Assembly: GCA_002245135.1 (NCBI GenBank)
Contig: NGBS01000585.1
Location: 1 to 64,000, forward strand
Origin: Proteromonas lacertae
Lineage: Eukaryota
Direction of reading: 5' to 3'
DNA: 64,000 bases
This document shows, one piece after another, positions 38,178 to 50,934 of this stretch. Below the pieces are notes generated by a model. The model saw only the letters and a list, made by a program, of their open reading frames with translations, was not told the origin of the DNA and made no database searches. Position numbers and translations under genes: made by a program. The number at the start of each line of letters is the position of its first letter. Positions within the stretch are counted from its first letter, which is position 1.

Positions 38178-40250
38178 ATGGAATCAACTCAAGTATGACT
38201 TTCGAACATTATTTTATTTTTAGGAGTGCATAAGATCTGGCTCATTGGAAGTGCAATCACCCGTATATCTTTTTTTTGTTAAAAATAGGAAACTAACGAT
38301 TGGAACACCTACTTTTTTCGATTAATAGGACACAGTAAAGAGTATTAATTAGTTAATATATTTGTAGTGACGTTATTCTTGAATATTATGAAAATAACAC
38401 TTCAGAAACCCCGATAGACTCTATAAAACTACAAGGTTGTACAATTTATTCGGCTAAAGAAATGCTACAAATCCAATCTCCAAAGACAATTTTATTTTTA
38501 TGTTCAGAAAATGAAAGAATCGCTTTATCATGGGAACATATTCTAAGAGATGTAATAGATGGATCATATTTTGTAGAAGAAGGATCAGCAGATAGTGATT
38601 TAGAAGGAGAAAGAAGTGATGATGATGAAAGTGACGAAGAACTAATATATTGCCCAATCAATAGTGCTTTAGCATATAATAAATATAATATATTCAATAA
38701 AGTGAAAGATTTTTCACGATATTTCATAGATAAAGGGATATTATACTTGAATAAGAAAGCATTACATGTATTTTTTTTTTATCAAAATTATATTTGTAAA
38801 TAGAAAGGTTTAGATAATTGTTCAGTAAGGAGTATTTATTGGAAAGTAATGTTGGGTATTTTACCTCAAGACAGTCCTCCTAGTTCATGGCCAGCTGTAT
38901 TGAGTATGTTACGTGTAAAATATAATGAATTGAAAAAAGAATATTTATTAAATCCAGAAGATATAACAAGATCTTCATCTAGTAAACACATATCAAATCC
39001 AGAAGATGATGAAGAGATAGGAAATTATTTATTTGAAACTCAACAATTAGAATTAACAATAAGAAAAGATATAACAAGAACATTTAGTTCTTTTACATTT
39101 TTCCAAGAACCAAATGTTCAAGATTTATTTGTAAGAGTGTTGATGGTAACAAGTAAAATGAGAAAAGATATTGGTTATCAACAAGGTTTAAGTGAAATAC
39201 TAGCTGTTATATTCTTTTTATTATATATTGAAAGAATTGAAGGTTCGAATCTTGGTAGATTGGATGTGATGGGTGATGAATATGGTGCAACTAGTGGAAT
39301 ATCATGTAATAGTTATTTAAGTAGAGCTGAAAAGGAAGAAATCGATCAAGAAATACTGGGAATAAGATATGCTACTTTACCATCCTCTAAAAATATAAAG
39401 AATAAAATTCCTGAAGATCAGAAAGATACTTTGGAATTATTATATGTATTAATGAATGGTGATTTTATTGAACATGATGCATTTATATCTTTTTTTATAT
39501 ATGTTTTTGTTAATATATTTACTATTCTTTAATTTATATTTACTTATTATTAAATTCAATGATTGATAGAATGGCAAATATATATGCACCAGTAAATGAA
39601 CAGTATAATATATGTATTATTATTATTATTTATATAGAGCAAAAAGTGCATTATTCTTAGCTAATAAACTAGCAGATTTACAAAGTCGTTTATTACGAAC
39701 AATCGATCCAGATGTAACAGATGCATTAGAAGAGAATGATATAACAGGTCATATGTATTTGTTAAAATGGATAAGAATATTATTTGCAAGAGAATTTAGA
39801 ATGCCATGTGTATGGACATTATGGGATGCAATATTTACGTTAACACCTGATGACTTTAGTTTGGATAATTATATATGTTTAGCAATGTTAGAAGAAGTAA
39901 GAGATGATATTTGTGTTGAAGATACAGCTGGTATTCTAAAATTATTGAAGAATTCGTTTGAAGAATATCCTATAAGAGATGTGATAGATAAAGCCTTAGA
40001 ATATGAAGAACAATTAGGTCAAATAACTCCAACAATCGATATGGATGATGAAGTTAGTTCATATGACAGTAATGATGATTATGATGAAGATGGAGTTAGA
40101 AAATGGAAAGATGGCGATGAAGATAATGATGTAGATGATAATAATGATGAAGATGAAAGAGAAATAATGACATCTGAACAGCATAGGACAATGAGAAGTT
40201 CATTTTCTTTTTCATTTCAAGAAGTGGATGATATAGAAGAAAATGTATAA
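38178..40250 (+). CDS. PH-like domain + TBC RabGAP (TBC1D5-like)
   Basis: N-terminal IRSGSL..WNTYFFRL..FLCSENERIALSW. TBC motifs RSIYWKVMLG, IRKDITRT, GYQQGLSEI, EHDAF, LKWIRILFAREF, LWDAIF. Confidence 0.85.
39485..39543 (+). other. U12-like AT-AC intron (59 nt)
   Basis: ATATCTTT donor, TTCTTTAAT branch-like sequence about 10 nt before the TAC acceptor. Removal joins EHDAF to LLLNSMIDRMA in frame; the unspliced frame stops at 39532. Confidence 0.8.
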
Positions 40251-40393
40251 TCGTGTTGTTGTTTTTATAAAATATTTTTAATTACTTGTTTTTTTATATT
40301 TTTATTTTTAAAACCTAAATATACAATAAATTTAAATCAAAAATAAATCAAAAAATAATTTAGTGACTAAATATTTGCATATATTTACTACTA

Positions 40394-43300
40394 CTATATA
40401 GGTATTGTTTGAATACTTTCTGCTGCTGTTTTTGTTTTATTAAATAAACCACCATTTCTATTCTTGTTTATTAAAAATTGATGATTGAAATGCAAAATAA
40501 CAACTATTCCCCATATCCACAGTCCAAATACTATTACAACAAAGAAATTTGCTTTCACTAAGGTAAAATATAATATAAACATTATCCATTCAGAATAGAT
40601 TTGGATGTAGGTTTTATAAGAGGATAATCTTGCTTTTAATTGTTGTATTCCTTTATTAGTTACATTCTCATTAATATGGCGAAAGGAGGGAAATGGTGAA
40701 GCTATTTTTAAACTTACATGTGATAAAGAATCTCTATTTACTGAAGAAAGTAAAGATCTTAATGAGGTTGTGGGAGATGTAATGGATGAAGATAATGAAT
40801 AATTATTTGCACTATGTTTAAGTGAAGATGAGAGAAGTGGAATATTTCGATTCTTTCGACTATATACTTTTTCATTATTATCGACATTATTGTCACAATT
40901 ATTAAACTCAGATATGGTTGGTAATGGATTAATATCATCAGGATTTAGACCATTAATATTATCATTTTCTTCATTCTTTTCTTCATTCTTTTGATTCTCT
41001 TTTTCTTTTTCCATTTCTTCTTCAGTTACTATTTGTATTGGAATTGTTGATATAGGAATTATAGTTCTTTCTATTTTAGGAACTACAACCAAATTTCTGG
41101 AGGAATCATTCTGTCTATTTGAACTATTTCTTAATACACCATTTCTACTTTGATTTCTTGAAAATGTTGTTAAAGATATTCCATCATCAAAATCACTATC
41201 ACTATCATCATTATTGAAATAAATATCTTCATAGTCATCAACATTAAAATCATATTCTTCTTCATCTTCTTCTAATTTAGAGTATCTATAAGAATATTTC
41301 ATCATTGACAATTTATATAACCAAAAGAATAATATTCCAATTGGAATTTCTACTGCTAAACTATAAAAGTATATTCCCATTTCAGACCAATCAAATTTAC
41401 CAGGAGGGGAATATAGAAATACATTCTCTTCAGTATAGATAGACATCTGCTCAAAGAATAAAGCTAATCGAACAGCTGCAGAGAGTGTTAAAACACAATC
41501 CAAATTACCACAAACTTCAAAACGACAAGCAATTAAACATAATATTTCAAAACATACTATACATCTTTTCAGAAATACTATCAATAATTTTAATATATCA
41601 TTTATTTTATATAATCCAATTAAACAGGTTGGATAGTATATTATTATATCAAACATTGTTAATACACTTGTTATTATAAATATTTCATATACTCGATAAG
41701 ATATTGGATTTCGATTGAAAAATTGACGAATATACAGAAATATATTATAAAATACACTTCCAATCAATAATAACACATAACAAACCATATATTCAGCTGT
41801 TATAAACGAAATTCCTCCAGTATATAAGATTAATATAGAAAATATGTTTGGAGCTGCTGTTATTCCTACTCCTGTTAACATCCATTTTATAGTTTGAAAT
41901 ATTGTTGTTATAACAATCACATATTTAAATACAAAAGTACTTTTTATTGATTTATAATGTAATACTGGATTTATATAATAACAAAATGACCATTCACTAC
42001 TTTTAGAGTTTTTCACCAACAATGTATAATATGTAATTATCAAATACACCATTACAGCAGAGGCATTGGAAGATGGAGTATAATTTAATGAAATCCTAGC
42101 CAAATAGAACAAAAATGATAGTTTTTCTTGAACAACTGTAGTAAAGCCTTCTAACATATCATGATATAGTTTGTTATATTCATTTTCAGGTGGAAGAAGT
42201 ATATCAGCTAATCTATCAACATTCTCGTATCGATCATCATATAAACTATGACTTTCATTATCATAGATAGTAAATAATGCTTCTCTTAGTTTATCAATCC
42301 ATTTGTTACAATATACTATTCCATGATGATCGATTGTTCGATCTACACCAGGAATATAAGATGTCATTACAGAAAAACCATTTTTAGGTGGTAATATTCC
42401 ATCGATTATTTCAGTTGGAGGATCTACTACTAAATCAGTTTGACCACCTGTTATGGCAATTAAAGTGATATTTCCAACTTTCTCATATTCTTTCATGTAA
42501 TTCTTTGGAAAATAATCTGCAAATGTATCTAATCTCAATTTCGCATATTTGTTATAATAAAAGGTATGTCTCTTCATTAACTGAATAGAGTTGTTTGGAT
42601 GAGTTGGGGTATAATATATATTATTCAATCTGGCATATAACTGTATTTGAGCATAATCCCATGTTACTGGAGATTGATAATGAGGTGAAGCTAAAGTAAA
42701 GATCAAAGGAATCACTGTATCATTCTATTACATAGACAATTATTATTTATTATATATATATATACACAATATTCAGATATTGAAGCAACTCTTGCAACTA
42801 CTCCACCCATAGAATGAGCTAAAATCAAAACAGATTTGGCTTTGCCATATACTTCTAATAGATTTATTACTACATCACAAACATATTTTCCTTGTTTTTC
42901 TAATCTTAATCCTGAAAATGCTGTTAATTCTTCACCTAAATCAGTTGTATATACATCATAGAAATAATCATTACTTTCATTCTGATATTTTTGTATCTAT
43001 TAATTATATTATATAATACTTTAATATATATTATACAACTGTTCCTATTGATTGAACATTTTCATACCACCCTTGACTGCCTGGGATAAATAAAACAGGT
43101 TGAATCAATCGAGTGTGATTAACTGATATGTAATTCTTATCAAAATATCTGTAAAGTTTGTATTTAAAACTCCATTTATGTAAATGACTAAAATAAAAAT
43201 CATCTTAGAATAAATATACTTTGTACTATGTCCGTCCTTTACATTGTAAACATTTTGAAGTGTGTAAACAGCGTGTCTATGAAATTATCAAAATATGGTG

Positions 43301-43495
43301 TATATGGTTTATTTATACGTTTCTACCCTTGGACATAAATTACTGTCATGTTGTACATCTACTAATAGATATTCATATCCCCTTAGTAGAACGAAGCATG
43401 TTAATGAAGCTAGAAGAAGAAAAAAACACCTTGCACATAACCTATAATATGAATGTAATGAATGAAATATTATACTCACACGAACAGAAAGCCAT
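40394..43495 (-). CDS. PGAP1/Bst1-like GPI inositol deacylase
   Basis: N-terminal TM, PVLFIPGSQG, DLGEELTAFSG, lipase motif AHSMGG, FTLASPH, IDHHGIVYC and a multi-TM C-terminus. Confidence 0.85.
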
Positions 43496-43764
43496 TTAGT
43501 ATCTAAAAAGCTTTTTGAAATTTTAGAAAACACATTTAAAAAACACTTGATAAATAATCATTAACCGCTAAGAAACACATATGTGTTTATGTTTACTATT
43601 GCATTATACTTTAAATTTTGAATATGATATAAATAAGAAAGTTTCTATTCAAATAAACATGATTCATAAAAAACTAAGAGAAAAGAGATTTATGGTGTTG
43701 TTTAATCATTAAAAGTACATGTGAATCAAATAAATTATTAATTTACTTTCTACAAAAGGATCCT

Positions 43765-44861
43765 TCACTTTGAATTACTAATTTTCGATGAATTTGAATT
43801 CTTTTGTTGACTTTGAGATAAATTTATTGGTGTACTTGGGACACTGGGTGGAACACTAGGTGGTTCATGAACTAATAACTTCGTCCTGGCTATACCACAA
43901 TTACTTCCATTTACTCCCAGATTATTTGTTCCACTAGATTGAACTAAAGGTATTTTTCTAGACATTGAATTGATTAATAATCCTGGATTATTATTATTAT
44001 TATTATTACCTCCTTGACTTGATTTATTTTGTTTAAATCGATCTTCATCATTGTTATTCGAATTGAAGGAATTATAACTACTTCTCACTCCATTTCTAGC
44101 TTTCTCATTATCATAAATAGATGGATAATATCTATTTCTGTAATAGAATAATATTTGATATAACAAATAATATCTATCATCATTATCTATTGGATATATC
44201 TCAGAACGGTGAAAACAGGGGAATAATGAGAATGTTGGGATAGTATCTGTCCTTCTGGTTTGTATTTTTCTCCACCACTTATATCCTTTTATTTTTTTCC
44301 AGATTCTTATTTGAATTTGTAATAATGTGCTATAAAACTCCTGATGTTCTTTCAATAGATCTATAAACTCAGCAAATGTCATTTGGTCTTTTAATAACGA
44401 ATAATTCCCACATCCTATAAATTCTAAGAAATACACTAGAGTATCCTTGTTGAATGAATCTTGTATATCTATATTAAGAGCCATCATGATATATTGAATT
44501 AACATTTCATATTTTAATGCACCAAATAACACTACAAAACAATAAAAATCATCCCATGTGATTATATCTATATATTTAATTATGATATTTATCAATACCA
44601 TATGGCTTAAGCAAAACAGTTAAAAGATTAGAATCTGAGAATGAAAAATACTTGATTAAACTATCTCTATTCATATCTCCCCTATTTTTCTAAAATAATA
44701 ATAGCATACACTTTTGAAAATGATTCATAATATTTTTTAATCACTGATATATCGGTATTTGAGACTAAAGACAATAAAGAGTATTAAGGAATACAAAGAC
44801 AAATCTTCGTTATATAAGTTGATGTAAACTCTTTTGAATCATTATTATCTTCCATTTTCAT
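43765..44861 (-). CDS. Unknown protein, possibly degenerate EF-hand
   Basis: Multi-exon. ITWDDF, MTFAEFIDLL, IKGYKWWRKIQTRR; low-complexity tail. Start uncertain. Confidence 0.5.
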
Positions 44862-44983
44862 ATATTGTTAGCTCCTGTACATTTTTAAATGAATAACGAA
44901 AAATGTGGTGTTCCAAAAATTTGGAATAACTTGAATCATCACCAAACGATTATTTTGTTTTTTGTTTGTTTTGTAGTGAAGAG

Positions 44984-46495
44984 ATGACTCAGAACAAGCA
45001 GCTGAATGTATACTTCTTGGATGAAATATCTCTGAAACTGGCTGAAATATGTTTCTGTATTGCTTCTGTTGTTTTACTCAAACTAGTGAACCATACTGAT
45101 GTGCTTGAAATTGAACAGAAATTTATTGTTTTGAAGCAGTATAATAATGGATGTATATTTTTTTAGCGGTGAGATGCTTGTGGATCCCAATGATTTTATT
45201 AGTTTTATAGATTGTACTAAAAATCACTTTGTAGAAAAAATAATGTCATGTTTTAGTATATATTGGAAATATACCTTCATTGTCTAGAAATAGTAAATTT
45301 CAATGATTTTTTTCATCTTGTTGTCCTTTATTGTGGTTGCAGTTCAGATTTTATAATTAAATGTATATTATAAAGTAATTATACTATAGTAATATGCTTG
45401 TCAGTTTTAAATCAAGAAAAAGTAAATGAAATAAAAATGGAAGATATAGACGAATTAGTAGAAACAATAGGTCATGTTAAACAAATAGAAATATACGAAA
45501 CACAAAAACAAAATATATTAAAACCATCTCCAAACGGTTCATTTACCTTCACAAACCTTCTTCAACTAATAACTTCAGATGTTCACAATTTTAGAAGTTT
45601 AATTTCATTTCAAAAACATTTAGCACAAGTCACATTTGGTTATGATAAATGGAGAGATATAAAGCGAAGAAAGCAACAAATGATTGAAGTATGGAAATAC
45701 AGAGAAACACATTGTGGAGAATCGCCCAAAGAAAGTATATTTCATCGAATTAGTAGAATTGTAAGTGGTGAAGCAAAACCTTATCAATATGATTATGAAA
45801 TTATTCCATCAAATATTAATAAATATATGCAAGATATAATAGACTATTTTCATTCACTTTATTATCCTTTTAATATTAATGATATACCACCAGAAGATAG
45901 GAGAATCTCTCAATTAAAGAAGATAGGAAGTACTTATACAATGGAAAGACCATTAGAATCAATGGATTATACTAGTCTCAATAATGTATATTCATCATCA
46001 ACTAGTACAAGTTTAAATGCAAGTAATCTTGGTCCAAATATATCACCAATATGTGTAAAGAGATATTTATGTGCTGGAATCCAAGAAGATGTTGCTGATG
46101 ATGAAGAAGAAGGTGCAGGTGGAAATAAGAATGAATATGAAAATGATAATAATAATAATGCAACTTGTCCATCACCACCTATCAATATAGAAAGTGATAA
46201 TTTTAATGAACCAATATTTATACCTCCTATAGATATATCCACTCCCATTAGTAGATCACCAGGTACTAGATCAAGGAGATTATCTGGTGATACACCTTTT
46301 TCTGTAGTATCTTCACCAATTCAACCATCATCATCTCCAAGTAGGTCATTATCTCCATTAGTGCCTGTAGATGAGCTTAATAAGTCTACTAGAGCGTCAT
46401 TAAGAAGATTATCAGGTAATACAAAGTCACAATTAGCATCTTGTCCTCATTCTATGAGAGGGAAGCAATCAATTCCTGGTATGGTGGATGAGTAA
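44984..46495 (+). CDS. Unknown protein, possibly degenerate EF-hand; divergent paralog of 43765-44861
   Basis: VNFNDF, FTFTNLLQLI, TFGYDKWRDIKRRK; Ser/Pro-rich tail. Start uncertain. Confidence 0.5.
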
Positions 46496-46619
46496 ATTTT
46501 TGTTATGATTAATAGTAGTAATTAATTTATTTAAATCATTTATGAATTTATCCTCATTTATGTTTTCAATAAGGATTCAACATATGTATATTTATTTCAA
46601 TGATTTAATTGTGTTTATT

Positions 46620-47839
46620 TTATATTGATACATCATACAATGAGGTTATTTTCAAACCTTTTTGCCATTCATTTACATCAATCTTTGAATAGGTTTTATA
46701 CTTCATTAAATATTCCTTGCCTGGAACAACTACCATACCATTATCACTAAAAATACCTTTAACAGGATGTTCTAATAATGTATAAGGAGCTGGCTTATCT
46801 GTTGTTAAAACAAACTCTAATTCATTTTCATTGATTAATTTAACATCTTTTACAGATATAGTTGGCTTTTCTAATTTGATTGATTTAAATCCACCATAAT
46901 TTTGGTTTGGATAGAACCAATTTGTTGATAATATTTCTTTTGTATTAGCATCAGTTAAAATCAAATTAACAAATACTTCTTCTTTATTCTTTCCTTTCAA
47001 TGTTTCGCTGAATGATTTCTTCCATACTTCAGTTGAGTTATGTAAAGGATTATCAACTGTTAATGATTCACTACTGATTAAATTGCCACTCCAACTCCAT
47101 ATTTCGACTGTTAAATTGGATTGACTCTTTACAACTCTATCACTTATTACATAAATAACAATATTATCATTCTTATCATCAAATGCACTAACCAAAACAG
47201 TAGAATAGAATCTTTTAACTGCATAATGTAATAGTTTCCATCTACCATCATACTCTAAACTAGCCCATGTTACACCTGCCCAAATATCATTCAATTGCCA
47301 ATATAATGATCCCATTGTATATGCTTCAGGATTGCTCATTTCACGACGATAGTACTCTGCTCTGGATGACATACAGATGGATTGAGTTACTTGACTTATA
47401 TAAATATATTTCTTGAAATAATCTTCAGCTGATACTTTCTTTGGCATATTAAAAAATGATTTTATTTCACCATCTAAATATCCAAAACCACCTCCCCAGA
47501 TATGTTGTCTATGATAAATAATTTGACTATCCATATCAAAATATTCAGGTGAAATTTCTTGCTGCCATGTATAGATAGATGGTAATGATTGAAAACCATA
47601 TTCACTAACAAATCTTGAATGAGGGAAGGTAGAAATATCAGTACATTTAGATACATAATCATAATGATGAATATCACCCATTGCTCCATTCTTCTTTTGG
47701 AAATATATTCTTAACAGTCCTAATTCTTTATCATCTAACACATTTCCGTAACTTGGACTTCCTGATAAATAATCTCTATATTTATCATTTCTTCTCATTT
47801 CATCATAGATTGTATCAGTATACATTTTACTATTTAAAT

Positions 47840-47871
<32 letters not shown>

Positions 47872-49381
47872 CTTATAATCATCCCATCTTTGAATATCAA
47901 CAGAATTAGGGAAATTTTCATTATTTCCACTCCACATTACAATCGAAGTATGATGTGATAATCTTCTAACTTGATGTCTGATTTCTAATCTCACACTATC
48001 AATAAATGGTTGATGTACTGGCACAGCTGTACAAGCAAACATAAATTCACCCCATAACATCAATCCCATTTCATCTGCCATATCATATACAGAATCTCTT
48101 TGATATAAACCACCTCCCCATATTCTCAACATATTTTGATTTGTATCTATTGCACTTTGGAACAATTCTCTAAGATGTTCATCGGTTACTCTACTATCAA
48201 ATGCATCAAAGGGAATTACATTACTTCCTTTAATAAAGATTGGAATATCATTCATTGTGAAATACATTAAATGACCTTCATCATGAGGTGATTTTTCTTG
48301 ATGTAATTCTACTGTTCTATAACCAATATTCTTTGTTATATTTTGTTTATCTCCATTGGTTGATGTTAATGTTACTGTTAATGGATATAATTGTTGTTTT
48401 CCATAACCAAAAGGCCACCATAATTCTACTGATTTTCTTTCAACTGTAAAATGCATTTTTACTTCAATTTCTTTTACACCATTTGAAGTGAAAGTTGCTT
48501 TTTGTGATATTCCATTTACATTAGCAATCATTGCACCTTCTGCATTCTCTGTTGTTTGTAAATAAACGGACATATCATACTCAAAATCTCTTTTTTCATT
48601 TTCATGAATATTTGGCACAACATATGTAATAAATGCATCATTAACAGTTATTATTTTTATATCTTTATAAATACCACATGGCACAAATACTGGACCCCAG
48701 TCCCATCCAAAATCACTTTGTGTTTTTCTAATAAAAGCTCTATGTGCATCAGGAATACCATAATCATTTACTTCATCATTAATTGAATATGGATGTCTTT
48801 TAGATTCTTTTCTGGTATAAGTAACAGCATTTTGGAATTGAACTGTAATATTGTTTGTACCAACTATTAATTTATCGGTAATATCTTGGATATATCTCAC
48901 AAACATGTTGTTTGTATCTAATATCACTTGATTGTTTAATCTATATTAAAATAAATAAATAAAAATGTGTTTTATACAAAACAGTAGCAATTGTATCAAT
49001 ACCTTCTGCAACTAAAAACTGACGACGAGCTATAATTTTGAATAACAAAACAATTATACATTTTTTTACATCTGCAGATATATCAAATGATCTAAAATAC
49101 TTCCAATCTTCAAATGCAACCCATGTTTGTCTATAACATTAAAACACGACTTATACTCTAAAACATGATCGTTAAAATATGGGTCATTTATTATTTTAGA
49201 ATTTAATAAATCCATGTGAACTTGGCCAGGAACTTTGGCAGGTATAATAATTGATCCATTAACATTTCTAACATTCCATTCCCCATTCAATGAGATTTCC
49301 CTACATCATATTATTAAATAATAATAAATACGAGTATGCACAAGCACACGACAATAAAATGGCAAGATATACTATTTTCAT
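46620..49381 (-). CDS. MANBA: Beta-mannosidase, glycoside hydrolase family 2
   Basis: Signal peptide; VPGQVHMDL, IRKTQSDFGWDWGP, NMLRIWGGG, WSGNNE, RFVSEYGFQS, YWQLNDIW, GRWKLLHY. Confidence 0.93.
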
Positions 49382-49465
49382 TTTAAATTGTCAAGCCAGA
49401 ACACAAATCATGTATTTTTTACTCAAAATGACAGTTAATAATTCTTGTAACGAATCTTTTTCACA

Positions 49466-50773
49466 ATGTCAATAAACCCAATTTCAATCTTATCCGAAGC
49501 CCTTGTCAGAGAATTTTTAAAACGAAACGGTTTTAAAAAGACTTATGAAGCATTTAATAAAGAATGTCCAGCTACAGATCTTCATCCAGGATCTACAACT
49601 GAGTTAGTGAAATCTTTACGTCTAGGAAAGTTGTTTGTTCAAAACAAGCAGAAACCGAGAGAAAATAGACTAAATACAACCTTAGATCTTATGACTGATT
49701 TTTTTATTCTTCCAGAATTGAAAGAAATGGAAATAGAAGCAGATAATGCCAATCAACAACAAAACATCCCACAGCCACCAACTGCAGCTAGTGAAAGTAC
49801 AATTCCAAAAGCAGAATCTAAACCTGCTACAGGAACAACAGCAAGTGCATTAGCTAGTGCTGCTGCTACTGGTGAAGGATTCAAAACTCCAGATGGTAAA
49901 GTGTTTGCCAACAAGAGACGAATGGAGAAAATACATGTTCAAAACCTTTTATTCATACAATGATAGAACAAACGAAACTTTGACACATTATAATGGAGAA
50001 ATAGATGGTCAAGCGTTTGATATATGCAATATCCATGATTGTACAATACAATTGTTAGATTGGTCTGCAACAATTAATGTATAAATATATTTTTTAAATT
50101 TAATATTTTTTTGTATAGTGTGATGATGTTTTTAACAGTACTTTAGTGATTGGTCCAGTTTCAGATTCAATATTTATTAGAAACGTTCATGATTCTACAA
50201 TTTATGTAAATTGTCGTCAATTGAGAACAAGAGACTGTAGTAATTGTAATATTTATTTATACTGTCAAACTGATCCTATTATTGAATTATCTAATAATAT
50301 GAATTTTGCACCATTCTTATGTGCATATCCTCATTTAACTGAAGTATATATATATATATATATATATATCTTAATATTATTTATTTAGCAAATGAAAAAA
50401 GCAAGTTTGGATATAAGAGATAATCATTGGCAAAGAGTATTTGATTTTAATAAAGAAGATACTACACTTCCAGAACCACATTGGCAAGTTATGCGTATTA
50501 TTAATAATATATTATTATTATTATTAAATAGCAACATCAGATCATAAACCTAAAGAGATTAAACTTGATAATGATCCTTCACCTCCAGAAAATCCTTGTT
50601 CAACCATAGCTATGTATATATTATATATTGTTTTGTTATATAATATCTTTATGTATATAGAACTGGTTTAGATGGTGCTCCACTTGATGGTGATGGTGAT
50701 CCGAATATGAAATCATATTCTATCAAAGGTTAGTCAAGCTGATGCAGAGATGTTAGCAGGAGATAATATTTAG
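49466..50773 (+). CDS. LisH-like + TBCC-domain protein (RP2/XRP2-like)
   Basis: LVREFLKRNGFKKTYEAF (LisH-like); GEIDGQAFDI, IGPVSDSIFIRN, CRQLRTRDC, TDPIIELS, DNHWQRVFDFN. Confidence 0.8.
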
Positions 50774-50934
50774 ACAATAATTGATAATTAGTTAAAAATA
50801 TTGTTTATTTTTGTTAAAAGATTAAGGAGGAAATATAGTTTTTATTTTATTTGATTGTTTGATTCTGGTTTGTTTCTTTTTAAATCCGTTTTTGTTTTTT
50901 CTTGTATAAGAACAAGAAAATTTAAAATTAAGAG

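Noticed and set aside
47840..47872. (TA)n runs in introns (also ~13050, ~42750, ~50345)
   Set aside because: Ordinary microsatellites in AT-rich introns, unlike the TA-rich P3 stem, which is bracketed by aptamer motifs.
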